Part shown: one piece after another, positions 22,331 through 34,654 of the stretch
Layout: every line of letters begins with the position of its first letter
Position numbering within the stretch: position 1 is the first letter of the stretch
Assembly (NCBI RefSeq): GCF_001194135.2
Contig: NC_068986.1
Span: 89,371,186 to 89,414,339 of the forward strand
Source: Octopus bimaculoides
Taxonomy: Eukaryota
DNA: 43,154 bases
Direction of reading: 5' to 3'
Program-made: the position numbers and the translations under genes
Notes under the pieces: model-generated
Databases searched by the model: none
What the model saw: only the letters and a program-made list of their open reading frames with translations
What the model was told of the DNA's origin: nothing

Positions 22331-24389
22331 ATTGGGTGAAGTAAGTCATTGATACGAAGGATAAAACGAAGTAAATAAAAACCTCAGAGACAATTGCTAG
22401 TTATTATGTAACACAAGGGAAGATAATTTCAAAAGAAAGATTATTTTCACAAAAGCAATTTACATGTTGAAAAGGAAAAAATTTCATCATTGCCTTGCAG
22501 GTAAGGAGAAGAGCTAGGAGTATGCTTCGGACATATTAGTCATCCTCTGCTTAGCAAAATATATTGTGGGAGAGTTTTATTGACCTATGTTGTAAATGTG
22601 ACCTGGCGCTATGGAAGAAGACCAAGATCTCTTGTCACAATTTCAGAATGTTTACTAAGCAATTTCTTAGAGTTGTAATACTTGTTTAGAAAAGATAGGA
22701 GGAATGATTGATAAAATACAAAAGAAAAAGGTTTGTGACATTTAATCACGTTGCTTTACGTTTTGAGTTTCAATACGAGTGAAGTTATTTTTACATTTCA
22801 TCTACCTGTCAAGGAGAAGGTGGGACGAAAACAGGAACATTAATACTTCCATAGTTGCTGATATGGTGGTTGTTTATCACCAGATCCATTTTGATCTGGC
22901 ATATCTATACTCAAAGGCGTTCTGACTAATCATCTCTCTAAACCTTACTATAAGAGTAAATCTATAGATTTTGGCCATCTCTAAATTTACAAAATAATTG
23001 AATTAATACTTTGCCTGTCTTGTATATCACATGTGATACAATGGATATTTCCCTAACAACCATGCATCGTTTGAAGTACAGAGTTCGATATCACTGTGCC
23101 AAGTGGTGACTTTCAACCAGGCGACACATTAAGTATACTACTCGAGTAGGTCGTAGCAGAACTCAAAACACAAAGAGCCGGAACTAATAAACCGAAATTG
23201 TTTTCACCTTCATTCCTTAAAAACTGTTGTGTTCTTTTGTCCTTGTTGCAAATCTGGATGTTTTTGTATGTTATTGATGCTGTTAATGTTAGTTTTCCTC
23301 AAGCTGCTGTTTAATATTGTCAATTATTTTATTATGGAAAAGTAACAAGGGCGAAGTGTAACCGCAGAAACGGTGCATTGTTGGGTTTCTAGTTGCGAGT
23401 ACGATTACTCCAGAGTAGTCCAGTATGCCTGTCTATGTACAAAATGGATTAGAGGAAGGGCCACAGAGCTACATTTAGTAGATGTGTTGTCACTGAATTC
23501 TACATATGCTTGAAACTTGACAGTCAGTTCATCAGACTTTTGCTTACCAGTAATTTGCATGGAATGAAATCAAAAGTTATATTTCTCGTAACGATAGAAA
23601 GAATTGCATATTGCTGCTGGTATTGTTCTCGTCGTCGTCGTCGTCATCATCATCTACAATATCGTCAGCAGCGTCGTGGAAGGCTTTCTTGTTGTTCATG
23701 TTGTAGTTTGGCTTTGAGGTTTGCCTGCACTAGCCAAACGTACTATCAAAAACATTCTAGTCGTGACTCTTCTGTTTTTTGGTATAGCAGTGTCCAAAGG
23801 CGGACATTTCGAAGAAGCGTTGACGCATCTAATTTTGATTCTCTGCACTCGCAGTTCAAATCCCACAGCGTTTGGTTTTGCCTTTCATCTTTTTCAGAGT
23901 CATTAATATAATAGCGATCCACAACCAGATTTAAGTCTTCTATCCTTTATTTCTTTCTGGATTGTATCTGCAATTCAAAGATCCAATAACGGATTGTATT
24001 GGGAAATTCGAAGATCCGGCCTTGTCAGTCATTGTGTCCCGTTGATCCATCCTGAGACTTACGTTAAAGGCACACATGTCAGTAGAATATTCAACCATTT
24101 GAGAATCATTTCAGTAGAAATTCAGCTGGTCGAATAACCGAATACTTATCGTCATGATTGACAGAGAATCTGTAACACATTGCTCATTGTAGACTTCTTT
24201 ATGTCAGCTAGTAAGGGGTATTTGAGGTAGATTTGGCTGCGATTGCTAGCTATCTGCGACTGCATAGAAATACGATCGGTGTAAGAATGGTATGTCTAGT
24301 GAAATGAAGTGGTGGATATGAGGTGAGTTCTTTAGTAAAGTTTATTAGCAATATTTATTATTATACGAAGTTTTACATGTAACTACATT

Positions 24390-24670
24390 CTGTTTCGAAG
24401 TGCTGAACGGTTAGGGCCTCCACCTCGTAACTTTGAAGTACTGAGTTCGATCTCACTCTATAACGTGATTGGGGAAAGTCTTTTTTATATAACCCCGGAT
24501 CGACACAAGCCTTACGAGTGAAAGTCAATTTAATAGACAATGTGTGTGGAATTGGCTGGACAGATTCTAACCATAATCTAAAAGGATCATCCTTGTCACA
24601 CTAATTCTGTCTGGAGATAACGTCTGTGGAATACTCAGCCACTTTTACAAAAATTCAGTGAGTAAGTAGT
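24390..24670 (+). mobile_element. Old degenerate SINE: family-B-like head and middle joined to the family-A central domain
   Basis: tRNA-like GAGTTCGATCTCAC, then CCCCGGATCGACACAAGCCTTACGAGTG (family-B middle), then CCTTGTCACAC..GTCTGTGGAATACTCAGCCAC (family-A domain). Confidence 0.5.
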
Positions 24671-25041
24671 TCAATAAATTGAACAACTAGATATAGATTA
24701 TCGACACTGATGGAGATCCATTACTTAATGTTTTTTTTTAAAGATGGTTCACCAGTCACCTTCCTATATATTTTTCTCAGACGTAAGGCTAAATATATCT
24801 ATGTAATGTTACTTTCTTAGAGGTTACAGTGTGTTTTGGAGGGTATTTGGTTGTTATTTATAACAGATCGTGTGGCCATATTTAGACTTCTTCGTTGTCT
24901 GTAGCAGTTGTTTCGCTTGCAAAGTTACAGCTGTTAGTACTGTTGGCGTGCATATTGTCGTTGCTATCCTTATTGTTTCTATTGTTGCTATTGTTGTTGT
25001 TGATGCATTTATGGCTTGCTCATATTACTGTATTCCTGCTT

Positions 25042-25379
25042 AGTGGAGGCGCAATAGCCCAGTGGTTACGGCAGCGGACTCGCGGTCGTAGGATCGCAGT
25101 TTCGATTCTCAGACCGGGCGTTGTGAGTGTGTATTGAGCGAAAACACCTAAAAGCTCCACGAGGCTCCGGCAGGAGATGGTGGCGAACCCTGCTGTACTC
25201 TTCCATCACAACTTTCTCTCACTTTTACCTCCTGTTTCTGTTGTGCCTGTAATTCAAAGGGTCAGCCTTGTCACACTGTGTCACGCTGAATATCCCCGAG
25301 AGCTACGTTAAGGGTACACGTGTCTGTGGAGTGCTCAGCCACTTGCACGTTAATTTCACGAGCAGGCTGTTCCGTTGAT
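25042..25379 (+). mobile_element. tRNA-derived SINE (family A), 3' end lost in assembly gap
   Basis: Starts AGTGGAGGCGCAATAGCCCAGTGG and is colinear with the 15384 copy up to the N-run at 25380. Confidence 0.9.
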
Positions 25380-26484
25380 NNNNNNNNNNNNNNNNNNNNN
25401 NNNNNNNNNNNNNNNNNNNNNNNNNNNNNNNNNNNNNNNNNNNNNNNNNNNNNNNNNNNNNNNNNNNNNNNNNNNNNNNNNNNNNNNNNNNNNNNNNNNN
25501 NNNNNNNNNNNNNNNNNNNNNNNNNNNNNNNNNNNNNNNNNNNNNNNNNNNNNNNNNNNNNNNNNNNNNNNNNNNNNNNNNNNNNNNNNNNNNNNNNNNN
25601 NNNNNNNNNNNNNNNNNNNNNNNNNNNNNNNNNNNNNNNNNNNNNNNNNNNNNNNNNNNNNNNNNNNNNNNNNNNNNNNNNNNNNNNNNNNNNNNNNNNN
25701 NNNNNNNNNNNNNNNNNNNNNNNNNNNNNNNNNNNNNNNNNNNNNNNNNNNNNNNNNNNNNNNNNNNNNNNNNNNNNNNNNNNNNNNNNNNNNNNNNNNN
25801 NNNNNNNNNNNNNNNNNNNNNTACGTGTTGCAGTTGTTATGGGGTTTTTTTTTACTGTAGATAATATTATTGTTATTGCTGTTGTTGTGATACTGTTGTC
25901 ATTGTCGAAGTTGTTCGCAACGCTATTGTGGCCATTGTTGTTGCCATTGTTGTACCTGTCGTTATTGCTGTCATTGCTGTTGTTGCGCACGTCGTTGTTA
26001 TTGTTGTTGTTGTTCCTCCTCTTCTTCTTCTTCTTCTTCTTCTTCTTCTTCTTCTTCTTCTTCTCCTCCTCCTCTTCCCCCTTCTTCTTTGCAACAGCAG
26101 CAGCAGCCATTCAGAATAAAGTGAATAATTAATTGAGTTTCCTTCAATTATCGCCAATAATATAACAATTAATCAGTGAAGCACAGGACAACAAACAGTA
26201 AATAATATTGCTGCTGTTGTTGTTACTGTTGTGGTTGATGTTGATGTCGGTATTGTTGTTAATGCTATAGTTTTATTAATGTTATTCTTTTGTTGTTGCC
26301 GCTCGTATTGTTTGACATTGTTGTTGGTGTTGCATGTCTTTTTTTACGCAATCGTAAATTCTGTTTCTTCACAGTTGCTATTACTCTTAGTATAAAGGGC
26401 GATGGATTAACAGAAACCATTGCTTTGTGGTGTAGGTTCCGGCACTCAACGTTCTGAGTTCGAATTCTGCCGAGGTTAACTTTG

Positions 26485-26517
<33 letters not shown>

Positions 26518-26719
26518 TTAGTGAAACGATATTATTGATGATTACGCTAGACTAAATGCATGGTGAACATACAGTAAATGAACGGGTTGTAATTGATTGA
26601 ACTGACACCAGTGTATAACTGGTGCATATGCTATCTACTCTGCAACAATAGAGATGAGAACCACTAAGTAGAATGATAAGCTCTAAGTAGTCGTTCGACA
26701 TGCTAAAAATAACAGCTAA

Positions 26720-27210
26720 ATCTTTATTATATCGCAACCATCTTGTCGAGTTTGCTCGTACATTTTTAACCTGCACATACCATCTATCTCTGTCCTGCAT
26801 TAATTGATAAGTTGATCTACATACGTTGTGCTCGGATGACCTGATCGAGTTCGACCATGCTTTAGTATCCATAGCTGTAGGTCATTTGCCAGCTCTTGTC
26901 TTGCTCGCCAGCAATATCTCGTGAAAGCGCAAGCGCATTTCCTGTAATATGGTGAAAACAGGCAGATCTCTATACAGCTGTTCCTTGGTGGAACGAGTTC
27001 TTCAAGATATGTTTAAGACTGCTCTTAACATTCGGGGTAAGTTCCAACTAGATAGCCTCAACTCAAAAGGGTATAAAACTCAGATTTATACAATCTGGAT
27101 ATTGTCTGGTAATCAACCCAGTCAGACAACCTAAATGGAAATCTTTTCCGTGTAAGAGTAGAGCCAGTCGTTTTATATGTAGCTACAGTCTGGACGCCTA
27201 CAAAAAACCG
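26720..27210 (-). mobile_element. RTE-type LINE C-terminal fragment
   Basis: Minus-strand LDGTYPRMLRAVLNIS, EQLYRDLP, MRLRFH and MQDRDRW..VRANSTRW correspond to the conserved RTE C-terminus (LDG.Y.RMLR.ALN.SW, RLRFAGH, M.DR..W). Confidence 0.75.
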
Positions 27211-27762
27211 GAATCTAAGCTAGAAATCGCAACAATCATCTTAAATAGGTATTAAATATGTAGCAGAATTGCCGAAAATGTGTGAAATGGTCAGATCAGT
27301 TTCCCTAGTTAAATTAAACACAACCTCACAATGGTTAGTTAAGAACACGGTATTACATTCTCCTCAGCAACCGCTGATAACTGAATCCTGTTTGAAACCA
27401 GAGGCCAGTCGACCTCACACATTTTGGTTTACAGTAAAAATGTATAAACATGACAACCGTTTTATAACTACTCAGTGCATCTACTTAGCCTTTTGCCTGT
27501 CTAAAGTATCTTTATAAGTTTGTCTTAAGCATCTCTGGTTGATTTCAAACTTTTAATTAACACTTGTTTTATGTTTTGAGTAACATACAGCTATACTCAC
27601 CCTTTCACAAATTACTTTGATGGCTGGAACAAAATGTGAATGTGGGAAATATCCTGTGTGTCGCATGTGATATACAGGACAGGCAAATAGCTTATTTAAT
27701 TAATTTAAATTTAGTGTTGGCCACAACCTATGGATTTACTCTTATAGTAAAGTTTAGTGGCA

Positions 27763-27998
27763 TGTTGGCACTCCGTCGCTTACGACGACGAGGGTTCCAG
27801 TTGATCCGATCAACGGAACAGCCTACTCGTGAAATTAACGTGCAAGTGGCTGAGCACTCCAAAGACACGTGTACCCTTAACGTAGTTCTCGGGGATATTC
27901 AGCGTGACACAGCGTGAAAAGGCTGACCCTTTGAATTACAGGCACAGCAGAAACAGGAAGTATGAGTGAGAGAAAGTTGCGGTGAAGGAGTACAGCAG
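27763..27998 (-). mobile_element. Family A SINE, 5'-truncated (no tRNA head)
   Basis: Near-identical to 2590-2825; homology stops at TACAGCAG (27998), where a GGT-rich tract begins. Confidence 0.85.
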
Positions 27999-28080
27999 TG
28001 GTGGTGGTGGTGGTAGTGGTGATAATATAGTTGTTTTTGTTGATGTTAATGGTGGTGTTGGTGTTGGTGGAGGTGGCGGT

Positions 28081-28152
28081 GGCGGAGACGGTGGCGGAGA
28101 CGGTGGCGGAGACGGTGGCGGAGACGGTGGCGGAGACGGTGGCGGAGACGGT
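28081..28152 (+). repeat. 12-bp minisatellite (GGCGGAGACGGT)x6
   Basis: Six perfect tandem copies read directly. Confidence 0.95.
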
Positions 28153-28515
28153 GGCGGTGGTGGTGAAAAAATAAAAACAATAGTAGTTGTTGTTGCTGTT
28201 GTAGTGAAAATAAGTTTATGTATATGATGATGATGATGATGATGATGATGTGAGAAAATGAAAGAAACTGAAATTAAAAGTCGACACAAACTGCAACAAC
28301 AATATCAACGGCATCAATGACGACAGTGCCACTACCACCACTAACAACAACAAATTCCTTGATTTTTCCATATATATATATATAACAAAAACAAGCTGAG
28401 CGATCTTTCCCTCAATCACCACCACCAACAACAACAACAGGAACAACAACAGTAGTAGTAGTGGTGGTGGTGGTAGTGGCGGCGGTGCTGGTAGTGGTGG
28501 CGATGGTGGTGGTGT

Positions 28516-28554
<39 letters not shown>

Positions 28555-28695
28555 CAGTAGTAGTAGTAGCAGTAGTAGGTAGAGTCAACGAGAACAGATA
28601 CGCAAGGAGGAACAAGGAACTCTTTTAAAACGTTAATAGAGTGAAGTGTGAGAAAGGAATATATTTTGAAAAAAGAAATATATACATACATACAG

Positions 28696-28730
<35 letters not shown>

Positions 28731-30069
28731 TATATATANNNNNNNNNNNNNNNNNNNNNNNNNNNNNNNNNNNNNNNNNNNNNNNNNNNNNNNNNNNNNN
28801 NNNNNNNNNNNNNNNNNNNNNNNNNNNNNNNNNNNNNNNNNNNNNNNNNNNNNNNNNNNNNNNNNNNNNNNNNNNNNNNNNNNNNNNNNNNNNNNNNNNN
28901 NNNNNNNNNNNNNNNNNNNNNNNNNNNNNNNNNNNNNNNNNNNNNNNNNNNNNNNNNNNNNNNNNNNNNNNNNNNNNNNNNNNNNNNNNNNNNNNNNNNN
29001 NNNNNNNNNNNNNNNNNNNNNNNNNNNNNNNNNNNNNNNNNNNNNNNNNNNNNNNNNNNNNNNNNNNNNNNNNNNNNNNNNNNNNNNNNNNNNNNNNNNN
29101 NNNNNNNNNNNNNNNNNNNNNNNNNNNNNNNNNNNNNNNNNNNNNNNNNNNNNNNNNNNNNNNNNNNNNNNNNNNNNNNNNNNNNNNNNNNNNNNNNNNN
29201 NNNNNNNNNNNNNNNNNNNNNNNNNNNNNNNNNNNNNNNNNNNNNNNNNNNNNNNNNNNNNNNNNNNNNNNNNNNNNNNNNNNNNNNNNNNNNNNNNNNN
29301 NNNNNNNNNNNNNNNNNNNNNNNNNNNNNNNNNNNNNNNNNNNNNNNNNNNNNNNNNNNNNNNNNNNNNNNNNNNNNNNNNNNNNNNNNNNNNNNNNNNN
29401 NNNNNNNNTATATATATATGTATGTATGTATATATACATCTATATACATACACACACACTCACATATATATACATATATATACACACACATATATATACA
29501 TATATACACACACACTCACACATACATACATATATACATACATACATACACATGTTTGTGTGTGTGCGTGTGTATTTATGTGCATAGTTATTCATTTGCT
29601 TATACGGTGTGCAGTGTGAGCATTTGAGAATTTATATATACATATATATAGATATAGATATATGTATACATTTATATATTTATTTATTTATATNNNNNNN
29701 NNNNNNNNNNNNNNNNNNNNNNNNNNNNNNNNNNNNNNNNNNNNNNNNNNNNNNNNNNNNNNNNNNNNNNNNNNNNNNNNNNNNNNNNNNNNNNNNNNNN
29801 NNNNNNNNNNNNNNATATACATAGTATCCATAGTGTTATGCGTAAATGAATGGAGACGCTGAAGATGCTGGCACTGTGTTGTTTAGGGTACCGGGTCTTG
29901 TTAAGTAGGCGTGGCAGCGGTTTGCAGAGGAGCGGTGGTGAACAGAAATATTTAGCTCTCGGCAAAATACAAAAGAGATCCTAACAATGATTATTGCTTT
30001 GTGGAATGACGCTGTTTGAAAGCACAACTATAAGGAGAACAATAACTACAACAATTGTAATAGTAATTC

Positions 30070-30272
30070 ATTTGAAATTTTAGTACAAGGCTGGTAATTT
30101 TGTGAGGAGGGGCAATTCGGTTGCATTGACCCCATTACTTAACTGGTACTTTATCTTATCAACCCTGAAAGGAGGAAACGCATAGTTGATCTCAGCAGGA
30201 TCTGAACGCAGAACATAAAGAACTGTAAAACTACAGCAAGTCATTTTATTCGATGCTCTAAAGATTCTGCTA
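30070..30272 (-). mobile_element. SINE family C copy 1 (MetaSINE-like central domain)
   Basis: Reverse complement matches the plus-strand copies at 30318 and 30530 (GTTCA.AT..GC.GAG.TC.AC..TG..TTT..TCCTTTC.GGGT.GATAA.ATAA.GTACCAGTT). Confidence 0.7.
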
Positions 30273-30317
30273 ATCCATTAACGTGTAATAATTACTTTAA
30301 ATATAGGTACAGGTTAA

Positions 30318-30524
30318 GGTGGCGAGGTGGCAGAAGCGTTAACACGCAGGGCAAAATACTTAGCGGCATTTCGTCCGCCTTTATCTTCCAGTTCAATTTC
30401 TGTCGAGCTTGATTTTGTCTTTCATCCTAACAGGGTCAATAAAATAACTAGCAGTTGAGCACTGGGGTCGATGTAATAGGCCACCTCCGAAATTGCTGGA
30501 CTTATGCCAAAATTTGAAACCAAT
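30318..30524 (+). mobile_element. SINE family C copy 2
   Basis: GGTGGCGAGGTGGCAGAAGCGTTA head, TTTCATCCTAACAGGGTCAATAAAATAA core, GCACTGGGGTCGATGTAAT, and TGCCAAAATTTGAAACC end. Confidence 0.75.
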
Positions 30525-30529
30525 ATAGG

Positions 30530-30710
30530 TACAGTTAGCTGGTAGAATCATTTGCACACCTGCCAAAATGTTTAGCGGCATTTCACTCGTCTTTATATCC
30601 TGAGTTCAAATTCCTCCGAGGTCGTCTTGGCCTTTCAACCTCTCGGGCTCGATGAAATAAATTCCAGTCGAACACTGAGGTTGATTTAATCGACTTAGCC
30701 CCTTCTTCAA
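30530..30710 (+). mobile_element. SINE family C copy 3
   Basis: CTGAGTTCAAATTCCTCCGAGGTCGTCTTGGCCTTTCAACCTCTCGGGCTCGATGAAATAA; colinear with copy 2. Confidence 0.7.
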
Positions 30711-30759
30711 ACATTTCAAACCTTATACTTATAAGAGAAAGGAATTCAGGTATAGGTGA

Positions 30760-30980
30760 AAATGGTGAGCGACAAGAATCGTTTGTGTGTCTAACAAAAT
30801 GCTTAACAGCATTTCTGACAAATCTTTGCATTCTGAGCTCAAATTCCATTGTGGTTGAACTTGCCTTTCCTGCTTTCGAGATTGATAAAATAAGTGCCGT
30901 TACAATAAATACTGGTAAACCGATGTAATTTACTCCCTTCCTCATAAAATGGTTGCCTAGTGCCAAAATTTGAAAGAATT
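30760..30980 (+). mobile_element. SINE family C copy 4 (more diverged)
   Basis: AAAATGCTTAACAGCATTTC..TTCTGAGCTCAAATTCC..TTGCCTTTCCTGCTTTCGAGATTGATAAAATAAGT..GTGCCAAAATTTGAAA. Confidence 0.6.
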
Positions 30981-31059
30981 CAAGAAATAAATTTTGGAGA
31001 AAGGGTGTAATCGATTGCATATACCCAAATACTTAACTGCTATCTACATATACTAATGC

Positions 31060-31355
31060 GTTTGGTTGTGCAGTGTAGCTGAATGACTAAGAAGCTCCTT
31101 CACAACAACGAGTACGCGGAATTTTGAGCATATTTTATTTTCTATAACCTCCAGCCGATCTATACCATGTGAGTGAAATTAGGTAGATGGAAAGTGTGCA
31201 GAATCCCGTTATGTGCATTGTACCTATAACTTAAAAAGTACAGCCTTGTCACACGCCGTGCCACACACACTCTGCTACACAGACTCTACCAGAGAATTAC
31301 GATAAGGGTACACGTCTTTTTGGAATATTCAGCCGCTCAAATGTTAATTTACTAG
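31060..31355 (+). mobile_element. Old degenerate SINE: family-B-like head and middle plus family-A central domain
   Basis: TGTGAGTGAAATTAGGTAGATGGAAA resembles family-B TGTGGGTGGATTTGGTAGACGGAAA. It is followed by CAGCCTTGTCACAC..GAGAATTACGATAAGGGTACACGTC..GGAATATTCAGCC (family-A domain). Confidence 0.5.
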
Positions 31356-31402
31356 ATCAACAACTGTATCTGCATCATCGAAATACAGGGATATATCACC
31401 CT

Positions 31403-31452
<50 letters not shown>

Positions 31453-31828
31453 TCCAAGAAAATTAGAAGTTGTGAATCCAACCAACTAAAGGATAATATC
31501 TATCCAATATACTGTTGTAGAATACCCAATTATTAATACACAAGTGTTTTTCATTGCATTGCAATTACATTACCGAGTGTAATAAATGGGTGAGGGTAAA
31601 TAGTTATTTTACCATTAATTTATAGAGCAATAAGAAAATGGAGGGGATCAATAGGTGGTATTCATCAACTTTTAGACATTACATTATGTCAATTTATTTA
31701 TTTACTAGAAGGACAATTATAACAATATACATACATGTATAACATTATACTTTACATATATAATATACAAAATATAAAAATATCAGTAATTATTAAAATA
31801 TATAAGATAGAGCAATAGAAACTGGGAT

Positions 31829-31952
31829 ATCTTACTGCTGTTTCAGCCAAGACGCAATAATACCTCATTCTACTTTTATCCCTCCAGTGGACTGAAGTAA
31901 TTAGTAGATGAAATTGCGGTACTTGGGTGTTTCTCTAGGCTTCGTCAGAGAT
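31829..31952 (-). ncRNA. Putative type I minimal hammerhead ribozyme (Penelope-like element type)
   Basis: Minus strand reads ATCT-CTGACGA-AGCC-[89 nt]-GGCT-GAAA-C-AGCA-GTA-AGAT. All core nucleotides are present, stem I ATCT/AGAT, stem II AGCC/GGCT, cleavage triplet GUA. Confidence 0.7.
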
Positions 31953-32304
31953 TTTAGAAAGTACATAACGTTAAGTTATAAATATAAATACACACATATA
32001 TACATACTTTTACATATACATAGATATATAGAAATATACATAAACACATATACCTACACTTAACTGTACATGCATATGTGTATGTATATGCATACAAATG
32101 AGTCAATTATTATTATTATTATTAGATGCATTATATTATTCATATTAAATAAAATATAAACAGAGGTATGAGAAAGTTATTATAAGAGGAGTAATATCGT
32201 AATTTATAAAATCAATATATCTTAAGATTATTTTAGTTATGTTAGAATGAAACTGTATGCACATGAGGAATACATATATATATATACACATATACATACG
32301 ACCT

Positions 32305-32509
32305 TCCGCCGCATTCAGCTGACTGTTGGCGATTTTTCTTCCTTTGTCCCCTTTGGACTTTACTGTTTTTCTTGTTTCCGACGAAGAGCCATGCTCAAAG
32401 CGTAAAACAACAACTCTCTTTTTTTCTCCGGGCGTCTTATTAATGCATTGCTTGTGCTACGTTCCCACGTTTGTTTTTTTTCTTTTTCTTTTTTCTCTGC
32501 TTTTTAATT

Positions 32510-32510
<1 letters not shown>
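32305..32510 (+). mobile_element. Penelope-like pLTR relic with degenerate hammerhead at 32374-32408
   Basis: GTTT-CCGACGA-A-GAGC-cat-GCTC-AAAGC-GTA-AAAC: stems I and II intact, core CUGA changed to CCGA and GAAAC to AAAGC. Homologous by eye to 37190-37370. Confidence 0.55.
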
Positions 32511-32549
<39 letters not shown>

Positions 32550-33428
32550 NNNNNNNNNNNNNNNNNNNNNNNNNNNNNNNNNNNNNNNNNNNNNNNNNNN
32601 NNNNNNNNNNNNNNNNNNNNNNNNNNNNNNNNNNNNNNNNNNNNNNNNNNNNNNNNNNNNNNNNNNNNNNNNNNNNNNNNNNNNNNNNNNNNNNNNNNNN
32701 NNNNNNNNNNNNNNNNNNNNNNNNNNNNNNNNNNNNNNNNNNNNNNNNNNNNNNNNNNNNNNNNNNNNNNNNNNNNNNNNNNNNNNNNNNNNNNNNNNNN
32801 NNNNNNNNNNNNNNNNNNNNNNNNNNNNNNNNNNNNNNNNNNNNNNNNNNNNNNNNNNNNNNNNNNNNNNNNNNNNNNNNNNNNNNNNNNNNNNNNNNNN
32901 NNNNNNNNNNNNNNNNNNNNNNNNNNNNNNNNNNNNNNNNNNNNNNNNNNNNNNNNNNNNNNNNNNNNNNNNNNNNNNNNNNNNNNNNNNNNNNNNNNNN
33001 NNNNNNNNNNNNNNNNNNNNNNNNNNNNNNNNNNNNNNNNNNNNNNNNNNNNNNNNNNNNNNNNNNNNNNNNNNNNNNNNNNNNNNNNNNNNNNNNNNNN
33101 NNNNNNNNNNNNNNNNNNNNNNNNNNNNNNNNNNNNNNNNNNNNNNNNNNNNNNNNNNNNNNNNNNNNNNNNNNNNNNNNNNNNNNNNNNNNNNNNNNNN
33201 NNNNNNNNNNNNNNNNNNNNNNNNNNNNNNNNNNNNNNNNNNNNNNNNNNNNNNNNNNNNNNNNNNNNNNNNNNNNNNNNNNNNNNNNNNNNNNNNNNNN
33301 NNNNNNNNNNNNNNNNNNNNNNNNNNNNNNNNNNNNNNNNNNNNNNNNNCTCTCTCTCCGTCTTTCTCTCCCTACCTCTCTCTCTCCCTCTCTCTCCCAT
33401 TTTGAGATTTTCAGGTGCTACTTCTCTC

Positions 33429-33471
<43 letters not shown>

Positions 33472-34563
33472 CCTCTTCCTGTTTACATTAGTTTAAGCAA
33501 TTTTCTCCCTCTCCATGTTACTCGCTTTCCCTGTCTTTGTCTCACTCTCATTATTTAAATTTTTTTACTCCTGCTCTTTTCTCCATCTCCTTCCCTCTCA
33601 CACTAATTCTTTTCTTTCAACCTTTATTCTATGATCTAACCGAAACAAAAGAGAAGTTAGCTAACACACAACAAGAACTACCAGAATTATAATCACACAG
33701 AACATGTAAAACTGTGAACATCTATCTTAAACATTGTCCAAACAATCGACACCTTCTACCATCTCCCTTTCAATGATGACTGAATTAGCCTCTTTATTAC
33801 TTCTTTCCCAGCCTTAATATATTAGTTTCACTTTCATAATTGCTTTGTCGGGAGTTCATCCTTGCAGTTGTTGTTGTAGACGTTGTCGTTGTTATTGTTG
33901 TTTTGTTATTAATGAGAATGTGTTGTCGTTGTTCTTATTTAGTATTTCTTTTCACCTGCTTCTTCATATTGTCTAAATCGATGTATTTTGACAAGGCACA
34001 TACCAAATATGGTAAGGTAAGGAGGATACAATCAAAATTGCTTCCACTCGAGGATATTACAGGAGCACATGAAACGAGGGCAATTTCAAGAGGTCTCACA
34101 TTTTACTAGAAATAGAAACAAAATCTTTCTCATAATACACCACAATTGGTTCTGGATTGAATAAAACTAAAATCGGTTGGTCATCGCTGAAAGGTCTTTC
34201 ACCTTAGGTCAAAACGTTTAATGCTGACCTGAGGTCTAAACAAGAGAACCAAAAACTTAAATTAGAAAGAACCAACGACTGGCTCTCTATACGTTCTCAT
34301 TACACGCAAGGTATAGCGACCAAGGCCTTCTTGGAGGTTTCTAACTTTGCAGCTCACCTTCCAATCTTTCACGGGTTTCAGTAAGTTCCAAGTATACCAT
34401 GAGTATATACGTTAAATTTTGTTCATATACCTCACCCCCACACCTACAACGCAATATATATATATATGCGTGTGTGTGTATGTGTGTGTGTGTGTATACA
34501 TGCATACATGCGAGCAAGCATGCATATATGCATACATACATACATACATACAAACAAAAATAC

Positions 34564-34609
34564 CCTTGTGGGTGGATTTGGTAGACGGAAACTGAAAGAA
34601 GCCCGTCGT

Positions 34610-34654
<45 letters not shown>

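Noticed and set aside
23510-23911. 133-aa plus-strand ORF
   Set aside because: Starts at TTG, includes simple repeats, and its end overlaps a degenerate family-C SINE fragment (about 23850-23895); no recognisable domain.
28081-28152. CRISPR-like or collagen/Gly-rich coding repeat
   Set aside because: Perfect tandem 12-mer without spacers, embedded in GGT microsatellite in a eukaryotic context; no splice or ORF support.
30583-31020. 145-aa minus-strand ORF
   Set aside because: Antisense reading of two SINE copies.
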